Shown: positions 9,190-17,910 of the stretch, piece by piece
Numbering within the stretch: position 1 is the stretch's first letter
Layout of the letters: each line of letters opens with the position of its first letter
Source: an uncultured Planctomycetota bacterium
Lineage (GTDB): Bacteria; Planctomycetota; Planctomycetia; Isosphaerales; Isosphaeraceae
Direction: 5' to 3'
NCBI GenBank assembly: GCA_963823665.1
Contig: CAWGMQ010000007.1
Coordinates: 416,001 to 480,000 of the forward strand
DNA: 64,000 bases
The notes under the pieces: generated by a model
Told to the model about the DNA's origin: nothing
The model's input: the letters and a program-made list of their open reading frames with translations, nothing else
Databases searched by the model: none
Made by a program: the position numbers and the translations under genes

Positions 9190-10599
9190 ATGAATCGAGA
9201 TCGCCTGGTCCTTGCGGTGCTGGGCGCAATCGTCGCCGTCGCCTCGATCGCTCGACCATGCCCCGCACAGCAGACTGGTGCCAAGCCCGAGCTGCTGATC
9301 TCGCTTTCGGTCGTGCCGGCCGCGGCGCCGCAGCCGGCGCTCAAGTACTTGCTCATTCCCGAGCTCAGGGAGATGAATCCGGGCAACCCGATCCAGGGAT
9401 ACTTGAAATGTTACCTCGAGTCGTACCGGTTCGTCTTCGACGAGGAACAATTCGACCGCCGCCAGATTCTTCTCGCGATGCCGCTCGAGGAATTGCCGGC
9501 GCCTGAAGCGCGCGAATTCGGCCCATTCGCACTTGCCCAGGTCGACGCCGCGGCCCGGCTTGACAACCCCGACTGGCAAATCTTGCTCAAGCTGAGGGCC
9601 GATGGTTTCGAAACGTTGCTCCCCGATGTGCAGGCGATGCGCAGCCTGGGCCGGGCGCTGGCCGTCCGCTTTCGGTCCGAGATCGCCGGCGGGCGAATCG
9701 ACGACGCGATCCGGACCGCCAAGACGATGTTTGCGATGGCGCACCAACTGGGCGAGCATCCCACGTACATCGGCGATCTTGTGGGCATCGCGATCGCATC
9801 GATTGCGATCGTTCCGCTCGAAGAGATGATCCAGCATGCCGACTGCCCCAACCTCTACTGGGCGCTCACCAATCTTCCCGATCCTCTCGTTCCGATCAAG
9901 CGCGCGACGGAAGGTGAGCGGCTCTCGCTCTGTTGGTTCACCCGCGACCTCGACTCGAAGGGTCCTATGAGTGACGAGCAGATCAAGCGGTTCATCGCCC
10001 ACGTCGAGAAAATGGCTGGTAGCGATGCGGCGCTTTTGGCCAACGGTGGGGTTCGGGGCTATCTTGATGCCCACACCAAAGACGTCGCCAAGCTGGCCGC
10101 GGCCCGCAAGCGGCTTGTTGACCTGGGATTGCCGGAGGCACGTGTGAAGGCGTTTTCGCCCGATCAGATCATCCTGCTGGACGAGGAGCGCGAGCTCCGG
10201 GCGCGGTTCGATGACATTGCCAAGCTCATGGGTTTCCCGCTCCGGCAGTTTCAGGAGCTCAACGAAAAGCTAAGCGGCGTCAAGAAAGAGCCGGCGCTCC
10301 TCGCCGACTCCTTCTTGCCCTCGATGACAGCCGTGCGCATGGCGGTTGCCCGGCTCGAGCAGCGGATAGCGCTGTTGCGGAACGTCGAGGCACTGCGGAT
10401 GTATGCGGCGGAGCACAAAGGTGCCTTCCCGGCCCAGCTATCAGACGTTTCGGTGCCTTTGCCCGGCGACCCGGTCACCGGCAAGCCCTTTGTGTATGAA
10501 TTGAGTGGCAAGACCGCGCACCTGCGCGGCACGCCGCCGAAGGGAATGGAAGAGAACCGCTTTTTCCGCGTGCATTATGAAATCACTTTGAAAAACTGA
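9190..10599 (+). CDS. Array paralog P2 (469 aa)
   Basis: Signal peptide ending CPA|QQ; shared motifs PALKYLL, PGNPI, ARLD.PDWQ, KTMFAMA, CPNLYWALT, EALRMYAAEH, DP.TGKPF.Y. Confidence 0.9.
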   Translation: MNRDRLVLAVLGAIVAVASIARPCPAQQTGAKPELLISLSVVPAAAPQPALKYLLIPELREMNPGNPIQGYLKCYLESYRFVFDEEQFDRRQILLAMPLEELPAPEAREFGPFALAQVDAAARLDNPDWQILLKLRADGFETLLPDVQAMRSLGRALAVRFRSEIAGGRIDDAIRTAKTMFAMAHQLGEHPTYIGDLVGIAIASIAIVPLEEMIQHADCPNLYWALTNLPDPLVPIKRATEGERLSLCWFTRDLDSKGPMSDEQIKRFIAHVEKMAGSDAALLANGGVRGYLDAHTKDVAKLAAARKRLVDLGLPEARVKAFSPDQIILLDEERELRARFDDIAKLMGFPLRQFQELNEKLSGVKKEPALLADSFLPSMTAVRMAVARLEQRIALLRNVEALRMYAAEHKGAFPAQLSDVSVPLPGDPVTGKPFVYELSGKTAHLRGTPPKGMEENRFFRVHYEITLKN

Positions 10600-10661
10600 C
10601 GAACGAGATCGGCTGCCTGATTGTGTGGCGAGATTGTGGTCCGTGAAGGGAGTGCTTTCTG

Positions 10662-12070
10662 ATGAGGCGAGATAGGTTGGTCCTTGCGGTGCTGGGCGCG
10701 GTCGTTGCCATTGCTGTGAGCGCTCGATCATCCTTGGCCCAGCAGACCGCTGCCAAGCCCGAGCTCTTGGTCTCGCTATCGGTCGCGCCGGCGCCTGCGC
10801 CCAACCGGCGCTCAAGTATTTGCTCATTCCCGAGCTCAGGGAGATGAACCCCGGCAACCCGATTCAGGGATACTTCAAGTGTTATCTCGGGCAGTACCGG
10901 TTTGTGTTCGACGAGGAGAACTTCGACCGTCGCCAGATTCTTCTGGCGATGCCGCTCGAGGAATTGCCGGCGCCTGATGGGCCAGAGCTGGGCCGATCCG
11001 CGCTCGCTCAGGTCGACGCCGCGGCCCGGCTGGATAGCCCCGATTGGCAGATCTTGCTCAAACTGAGGGCCGATGGTTTCGGTACGTTGCTTCCCGATAT
11101 CCAGGCGATGCGAACCCTGGCCCGGGCGCTGGCCGGTCGGTATCGGGTAGAGGTCGCGAGCGGGCGAATTGACGACGCGATCCGAACCAACAAGACCATG
11201 TTTGCGATGGCACATCAATACGGCGTACACCCCATGCTGGTCGGCAATCTGGTGGGCATCGCGATCGCATCGATTGCGATCAATCCGCTTGAAGAACTGA
11301 TCCAGCAGTCCGATTGCCCGAACTTCTACTGGGCGCTCACCAATCTTCCCGATCCTCTGGTCCCGATCAAGCGCGGGATGGAAGGGGAGCGGCTCACGCT
11401 CTGGGGGTTTACCCGCGACCTTGACTCGACAAACCCGATGAGTGACGACCAGATCAAGAGGTTCATCGTCCACGTCGAGAAAAACTCTGGTAACGATGCG
11501 GCGCTCAATGCCAACGGCGGGGTTCGGGGCTACCTGGCTGCCCGCACCAAAGACGCCGCCAAGCTGGCCGCGGCCCGCAAGCGGCTTGTTGACCTGGGAT
11601 TGCCGGAGGCACGTGTGAAGGCGTTTCCTGCCGATCAGGTCATCCTGCTGGACGAGGAGCGCGAGCTCAGGGCGCGATTCGATGACATCGCCAAGATCAT
11701 GGGCTTCTCGGCCTGGCAGTTTCAGGCACTCTACGAAAAGTTGAGCAGCGGCAAGAAAGAGCCGGCGCTCCTGGCCGACTTATTCTTGCCCTCGCAGGTA
11801 GCCGTGCGGTGGGCGGTTGCCCGGCTCGAGCAGCGGATAGCGCTCTTGCGGAACGTCGAGGCGCTGCGGATGCACGCGGCCGAGCATAAAGGTGCCTTCC
11901 CGGCGCAGCTTGCGAACGTATCGGTCCCCTTGCCGGGCGATCCGGTCACCGGCAAGCCTTTTCTGTATGAGCTGCGCGGCAAAACCGCACACCTGCGCGG
12001 AACGCCGCCCAAGGGAATGGAAGAGAACAAGTTCTTTCGCGTGCATTATGAATTGACTCTGAAGGATTAA
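10662..12070 (+). CDS. Array paralog P3; frameshift near 10802
   Basis: ORFs 10662-10847 and 10820-12070; adding one base restores 469 aa. Confidence 0.88.
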
Positions 12071-12131
12071 TAAGTCGATCGGCGGGACGAATGAGTCGAG
12101 GGTTTCTTGTCGGTGAGGGGAGCGTTCCGTA

Positions 12132-13541
12132 ATGTTGCGAGATAGGTTGGTCATTGCGGTGCTGGGCGCAATTGTCGCCGTCGCCTCGAGCGCTCGGCCG
12201 TCCTGGGCCCAGCAGACCGGTGCCAAGCCCGAGCTCTTGATTTCGCTTTCGATCACGCCTGCCGCATCGCCTCAGCCGGCGCTCAAGTATTTGCTGATTC
12301 CCGAGCTCAGGGAGATGTCGCCGGGGAATCCGATCCAGGGGTATCTGAAGTGTTACCTCGAGCAGTACCGGTTTGTGTTCGATGAGGAGAACTTCGACCG
12401 GCGGCAGGCGCTTCTGGCGATGCCGCTTGAGGAAATTCCGGCGCCTGAAGTACCCGAGCTGGGCCGGTTTGCACTGGCTCAGGTCGACACTGCGGCCCGA
12501 CTCGACAACCCCGATTGGCAGATTCTCCTCAAGCTGAGGGCCGATGGTTTCAGCACCTTGATTCCCGACGTGCAGGCGATGCGAACTCTGGCGCGGGCGC
12601 TGGCCGTGCGTTTTCGGTCCGAGATCGCGAGCGGGCGGATCGATGACGGGATCCGAACCGCCAAGACCATGTTTGCAATGGCACATCATCTTGGCGAGCA
12701 CCCGACGCTGATCGGCGGCTTGGTGGGCATCGCGATCGCATCGATTGCGATCACGCCGCTTGAAGAGATGATCCAGCAGCCGGAATGTCCGAACCTCTAC
12801 TGGGCGCTCACCAATCTTCCCGATCCGATCGTGCCGATCAAACGAGGGCTGGAAGGGGAGCGGCTCACGCTCTGGGCGTTTACCAGCGACCTGGACTCGA
12901 CGCGTCCCATGAGCGACGAGCAGATCAAGGCATTCATCAGACACGTCGAGAAAAATTCCGGCGACGATGTGGCGTTAAAGGCCGACGGCGGGCTCCGCGG
13001 CTATCTTGCTGCTCGCACGAAGGACGCGGGCAAGCTGGTGGCGGCCCGCAAGCGGCTCGTCGAGCAGGGATTACCGGAGGCGCGGGTGAAGACGTTTCCG
13101 CCGGACCAGATCATCCTCCTAGACGAAGAGCGCGAGCTACGGACGCGGTTTGATGACGTCACCAAGATCATGAGCTTCCCGGGCTGGCAGTTTCAGCCGC
13201 TCTACGAGAAGTTAACCAGCGGCAAGAAAGAGCGGATGCTCCTTGCCGACACGTTCATGCCGTCGCAGCAAGCCGTGGTGTGGGCAGTCACCCGGCTCGG
13301 CCAGCGGATCGCGCTTCTGCGGAACGTCGAGGCGCTCCGAATGTACGCGGCCGAGCACAAGGGTACGCTACCAGCGCAGCTTGCGGATGTCTCGGTTCCC
13401 TTGCCTGGCGATCCGGTCACGGGCAAGCCTTTTCTCTACGAGGTAAGCGGCAAGACTGCGCACGTGCGCGGCACGTCGCCGAAGGGAATGGAACAGAACA
13501 GGTTCTTTAATGTGCATTACGAAATTACTCTCAAAAATTGA
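12132..13541 (+). CDS. Array paralog P4 (469 aa)
   Basis: Intact ORF with the same motifs and signal peptide. Confidence 0.9.
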   Translation: MLRDRLVIAVLGAIVAVASSARPSWAQQTGAKPELLISLSITPAASPQPALKYLLIPELREMSPGNPIQGYLKCYLEQYRFVFDEENFDRRQALLAMPLEEIPAPEVPELGRFALAQVDTAARLDNPDWQILLKLRADGFSTLIPDVQAMRTLARALAVRFRSEIASGRIDDGIRTAKTMFAMAHHLGEHPTLIGGLVGIAIASIAITPLEEMIQQPECPNLYWALTNLPDPIVPIKRGLEGERLTLWAFTSDLDSTRPMSDEQIKAFIRHVEKNSGDDVALKADGGLRGYLAARTKDAGKLVAARKRLVEQGLPEARVKTFPPDQIILLDEERELRTRFDDVTKIMSFPGWQFQPLYEKLTSGKKERMLLADTFMPSQQAVVWAVTRLGQRIALLRNVEALRMYAAEHKGTLPAQLADVSVPLPGDPVTGKPFLYEVSGKTAHVRGTSPKGMEQNRFFNVHYEITLKN

Positions 13542-13601
13542 CGTTTTGGATCGGCGGCTCGAACGGGCGGCCGAAAGTTTGGCAGCGGGGGTTGCCTTCT
13601 C

Positions 13602-15011
13602 ATGATGCGTGGCATGTTCTTCCGGGCGACGATCGCGGCGATTCTCGCTCTGGCATCATCTTTTCGGTCATCCATGGCCCAGCAGGCGAGCGCTCCGCCG
13701 GAGACGCTGGTCCGCCTGTCTGTGGCCGCTGCGAAGGCGCCGGAGCCCGCCTTGCGGTACCAGCTTCTGCCCGAGCTCAAGGAAATAAGTCCGGGCAATC
13801 CGATCGAGGGATATCTGAAGTGTCATCTGGAGCAGTACCGGTTCGTGTTTGACGAGGAGGGCTTCGAGCGCCGCCAGAGTCTGCTTGCAAAGCCGCTCGA
13901 GGAGCCGGAGGAGCCCTTTACACGAGAGATTCCTCAGAGCGCTCTGGCACAGGCGGATCGGGCCGCCCGACTTGACAACCCCGACTGGCAGATTCTCTTG
14001 AAGATCAAGTCCGACGGCGTCAACACCCTGCTGCCGGACGTGCAGGCGATGCGTGGCGTCGCGAGATCCCTGCAGGCGCGGTTTCGCACGGAGGTTACGC
14101 GTGGGCAGATCGACGATGCGCTCCGGACGGCGAAGACGATGTTTGCCATGGCTCGTCACATGGGCGAGCACCCGACGTTGATCGGCGACCTGGTCGCGAT
14201 TGCGATTGCAAACATGGCCATGACTCCGCTCGAAGAGCTGCTCGAGCAGCCCCGTTGCCCGAACCTTTTCTGGGCGCTCACAGACTTGCCCGAGCCACTG
14301 ATCTCGCTCAGGACGGGAATTGATGGGGAACGGCTCATCCTCTGGACGCTTTTCCGAGAGCTCAATTCGACTTCGCCGATGAGTGCCGAGCAGATCAAGC
14401 ATTTCATCGATCCGCTCGACGCGGCGATCAGGCAAGTGGCCGGGCCCGGCAACCGGCTGCGAGACCACTTTGCGTCGCTTGCGAAGGACCCTGAGAAAGT
14501 GCGAGCGGCTCGCAAGCGGCTCGTCGCTGGGGGGCTTCTCGAGCCGAGCGTGAGTGCGTTTCCGGTGGAACAAGTGCTCTTACTCGACGAGGCACGCGAG
14601 TGCCAGGCACGATTCGACGAGATCGTCAAGATCATGAAGTTCCCGGCCTGGCAATTTGAGGCTCTGTTCAAGAATTTGAACGCCGGCAAAGGCGCGCAAT
14701 CGATTTTCGCGAAGGAACTCTTCGGACTGGTATCTCTGGTGAACGCCCGCCGCTCGGTGGCCCGGCTCGACCAGCGGATCGCCTTGCTGAGGCACGTGGA
14801 GGCGGTGCGAATGTACGCAGCAGAGCATGGTGGCGCGCTGCCTGCGAAGCTTTCGGAGATTGCCGTGCCGTTGCCGGTTGACCCGTTCACGGGCAAGCCG
14901 TTTGGCTATGAGGTCGCCGGAGGGACTGTGCACCTTCGGGGTTCGCCACACGAAGCCGAACAGAACAACGCGAACTACCGGGTGCATTACGAAGTCACCA
15001 TCGGGCACTGA
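13602..15011 (+). CDS. Array paralog P5 (469 aa)
   Basis: Intact ORF with the same motifs; signal ends SMA|QQ. Confidence 0.9.
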   Translation: MMRGMFFRATIAAILALASSFRSSMAQQASAPPETLVRLSVAAAKAPEPALRYQLLPELKEISPGNPIEGYLKCHLEQYRFVFDEEGFERRQSLLAKPLEEPEEPFTREIPQSALAQADRAARLDNPDWQILLKIKSDGVNTLLPDVQAMRGVARSLQARFRTEVTRGQIDDALRTAKTMFAMARHMGEHPTLIGDLVAIAIANMAMTPLEELLEQPRCPNLFWALTDLPEPLISLRTGIDGERLILWTLFRELNSTSPMSAEQIKHFIDPLDAAIRQVAGPGNRLRDHFASLAKDPEKVRAARKRLVAGGLLEPSVSAFPVEQVLLLDEARECQARFDEIVKIMKFPAWQFEALFKNLNAGKGAQSIFAKELFGLVSLVNARRSVARLDQRIALLRHVEAVRMYAAEHGGALPAKLSEIAVPLPVDPFTGKPFGYEVAGGTVHLRGSPHEAEQNNANYRVHYEVTIGH

Positions 15012-15071
15012 AGACTGATCGAGGGGATCTTGAGGTCATTCGTCGATCGATCGCCGCGGGAGTCGCCTCTG

Positions 15072-16439
15072 ATGAAGCACATTTTGATCGCGGTTGCCGC
15101 CTTTGCCGTGCTTTCCGCTCGTTCCGCGGCGGACGAGACGCTCATTCAGTTGAGCGTCGAGCCCAAGGCGGCACCTGTGCCGGCGCTCAAGTATTTGCTT
15201 TTGCCCGAGCTCAAGGAGATGAATCCGGGCAACCCGATCCACGTGTATCTGAAGTGCGTGCTCGAGGTTCACCAGTCTCTGTTCGATAAAGAACAGTTTG
15301 AGCATCGTGCCAAGCTGCTGGCGATGCCGCTCGTCGCCCTGCCGGAGGCGGAAATCCGCCATTACGGACATCGGACGCTGGCACTGGCGGACAAGGCCGC
15401 GCGGCTCGACAGTCCGGACTGGCAGATCTTGTTGAAGCTCAGAGAGGACGGCATCAGCACGCTGCTGCCCGACGTGCAGGAGATGCGACCGCTCGCCGGG
15501 GCGCTTCAGGCGCGTTTTCGGAGCCAGGTGGCGATCGGCCGCTTTGACGACGCGATTGCGACGGCCAAGACCATGTTTGCGATGGCCAGGCACATGGACG
15601 AGCACCCGACGTTGATTGGCGGCCTGGTGGGAATCGCTATTGCCGGCCTTGCGATTGTCCCTGTTGAAGAAATGATCCAGCAGCCGGGGTGCCCGAACCT
15701 CTACTGGGCGCTGGCAAGCCTGCCGGCACCGCTCATCACCTGTGCGAAAGGGCGGGCAGGAGAGCGGCTCGTGGTCAGTACGGTTTTCAGGGAATTGAAG
15801 TCCGAAACGCCGATGAGCGAGCTGGAGCTGAAGAAATTCATCGACCCGCTCGACGGGCTGCTGGGCGACGGCAGCGCCGCGAACCGCGGCATGGCGACTC
15901 GTTGGATCGTTGAGCGGGCTAGTGCCCCGGTGAAGCTGGCCGCGGCCAAAGCGCGGTTGATCGAAAGGGGCATTCCCGAGTCGGTGCTCCGGTCCTTTCC
16001 AGCCCAGCAGGTCATCCTGCTGGATGACAAGCGCGAATGCGAGGTCCGGTTCGACGAAGTCACCAAGATCCAGATGTTCCCAGCGTGGCAGTTCGAGGCG
16101 CTGGCCGCGGCGGCCAGGCCCCACAAGGAGCCGTCGCTCTTCGCCGATGCGCTCTTGCCGGGCCAGGATCGAGTGCGTCGAATCCAGGCGAAGCTCGAGC
16201 AGCGAATCGCGCTGCTCGTGTGTGTGGAAGCACTTCGCCTGTATGCGGCCGAGCACGGCGGTGTTTTCCCTGCGAAGCTGTCGGATATATCGGTGCCGGT
16301 GCCTGTCGACCCGTTCACGGGCAAGGCGTTCGGCTACGAAACGACTGGCAAGAAGGCCCACTTGCGCGGCACTCCACCAGCCAGCGAAGCGAAGAGCGCC
16401 GAGTTCCGCTTCCATTATGAAATCATCTTGCGAGAATGA
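15072..16439 (+). CDS. Array paralog P6 (455 aa)
   Basis: ATG 15072 after GGGAG; MKHILIAVAAFAVLSARSAA signal; same motifs. Confidence 0.9.
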   Translation: MKHILIAVAAFAVLSARSAADETLIQLSVEPKAAPVPALKYLLLPELKEMNPGNPIHVYLKCVLEVHQSLFDKEQFEHRAKLLAMPLVALPEAEIRHYGHRTLALADKAARLDSPDWQILLKLREDGISTLLPDVQEMRPLAGALQARFRSQVAIGRFDDAIATAKTMFAMARHMDEHPTLIGGLVGIAIAGLAIVPVEEMIQQPGCPNLYWALASLPAPLITCAKGRAGERLVVSTVFRELKSETPMSELELKKFIDPLDGLLGDGSAANRGMATRWIVERASAPVKLAAAKARLIERGIPESVLRSFPAQQVILLDDKRECEVRFDEVTKIQMFPAWQFEALAAAARPHKEPSLFADALLPGQDRVRRIQAKLEQRIALLVCVEALRLYAAEHGGVFPAKLSDISVPVPVDPFTGKAFGYETTGKKAHLRGTPPASEAKSAEFRFHYEIILRE

Positions 16440-16503
16440 GAGTGACAGAAGAAATGAGAAGCTCAATCCCTATCTTGGTTTTTGACGCCGGGAGTTTTCT
16501 GCA

Positions 16504-17880
16504 ATGAAGCGACTGTTGCTGGCGGCCGTTGCGATCGCCGGTGTTTCGATCGATTGCTGCGCACAGGAGACGGAGGTCTCGTTCCGGGTGCACGCGATGC
16601 CGGCGCCTGAGCCCGCGCTCAAGTATCAGCTTTTGCCGCAGCTCGATGAGCTGAATCCCGGCAACGCGGCCCAGAACTATCTCAAGTGCTTCATGGAGCA
16701 ACACCCGTTCTTCTTCAGCAAGCAGGGAGTGGGGGAGCGCGAGCACTATCTCTCGATGACGCTTGCCGAGCTGGCGGGCAAGAAGCTGGGCACGTATGGC
16801 GGAGGCGCGCTGCGGCAAGCGGACTGGGCAGCCCGCATGGAGAGCCTGGACTGGCAGAGCCTGGGGAGTATCCAGGGCGGCGGGATGGAAGCACCGCCGG
16901 CGGAAGTCGGGCCGATGCAGGTTCTGGCCAAGGCGCTTCACGTTCGGTTTCGCATTGAAGTTGCCGAGGGCAGGTTCGACGACGGGGTTCGATCGGCGAA
17001 GACGATGTTCGCCCTGTCGCGCCATCTGGGTGAGCATCCGACCGAAGTTGCCAATCTCGTCGGGCTGTGGCTGGCTCATCTCACGCTTTCCACGATCGAG
17101 GAGATGGTGCAACAGCCGAAGTGTCCGAACCTGTACTGGGCGCTCACCGATCTACCAGCACCGCTCGTCGATCTGCGCAAAGGGGTGCACGGAGAACAAA
17201 CGATGGTCGCGGCGGAATTCCGGGCGATCCGCGCAGACTCGCCGATGACCGAGCAGGAGCTTGAAGCGCTCGTGAGCCGCCTCTCGGGCGTGATCAGCTT
17301 CTCGCGCGAGCAGACCGGCCAGGCGCCGCGCAGCGTCAGGGCGGCGCTTCGAACCAGCACGCGGGACGGCAAATCGGTTGATGCCGCGAGAGAGCGCTTG
17401 ATTCAGTCAGGCTGCAAGAAGGAGACGATCGCCAAATTCCCGCCGCTTCAGATCATCTTGCTGGACCAGAAGCATCGGTACGCGCTCGAGCGTGACGAGC
17501 GGCTCAAGCTGCTTTCGGTTCCGGTGTGGCAGACGCCGGGCTCGGGCTCCGCGGGCAAGCTTCAGGGAGGGGCACGATGGCCGCTGGCGGACCTCTTGCC
17601 GAATATCGACAAGCTGCGTGCGGAGGAAGCCGAGCTCGAGCGCCAGCTCGCCTTGCTGCGGTGGGTCGAGGCGCTGCGCATGTACGCAGGCGGACATGAC
17701 GGTAAGCTGCCGGCCAGTCGCGACGAGATTGCCGTGCCGCTGCCGCTGGACCCGGTCACCGGGAAAGCGTTTGCGTATTCCCTCGACGGGACGACGGGTC
17801 ACATTCGCGGTGAATCGCCTGCGGGACGCGGAACGAGCTCGAGCGCGGGTGTTTACTACGGCGTCACGGTCGGGAAGTGA
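16504..17880 (+). CDS. Array paralog P7 (458 aa, most divergent)
   Basis: PALKYQLLP, PGNAAQNYLKC, KTMFALSRHLGEHPT, CPNLYWALT, EALRMYA, DPVTGK. Confidence 0.9.
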   Translation: MKRLLLAAVAIAGVSIDCCAQETEVSFRVHAMPAPEPALKYQLLPQLDELNPGNAAQNYLKCFMEQHPFFFSKQGVGEREHYLSMTLAELAGKKLGTYGGGALRQADWAARMESLDWQSLGSIQGGGMEAPPAEVGPMQVLAKALHVRFRIEVAEGRFDDGVRSAKTMFALSRHLGEHPTEVANLVGLWLAHLTLSTIEEMVQQPKCPNLYWALTDLPAPLVDLRKGVHGEQTMVAAEFRAIRADSPMTEQELEALVSRLSGVISFSREQTGQAPRSVRAALRTSTRDGKSVDAARERLIQSGCKKETIAKFPPLQIILLDQKHRYALERDERLKLLSVPVWQTPGSGSAGKLQGGARWPLADLLPNIDKLRAEEAELERQLALLRWVEALRMYAGGHDGKLPASRDEIAVPLPLDPVTGKAFAYSLDGTTGHIRGESPAGRGTSSSAGVYYGVTVGK

Positions 17881-17910
17881 TGAATGTGATCGAAGCGAAG
17901 ACAGAGGTGG

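Noticed and set aside
9128..16503. Integron cassette array (regular short spacers)
   Set aside because: The spacers lack RYYYAAC/GTTRRRY attC boxes, the genes are paralogs, and no intI is present.
7750..17880. Diversity-generating retroelement, or an assembly-duplicated gene
   Set aside because: No reverse transcriptase or adenine-specific TR/VR pair is present, and the copies differ throughout, including at synonymous sites.
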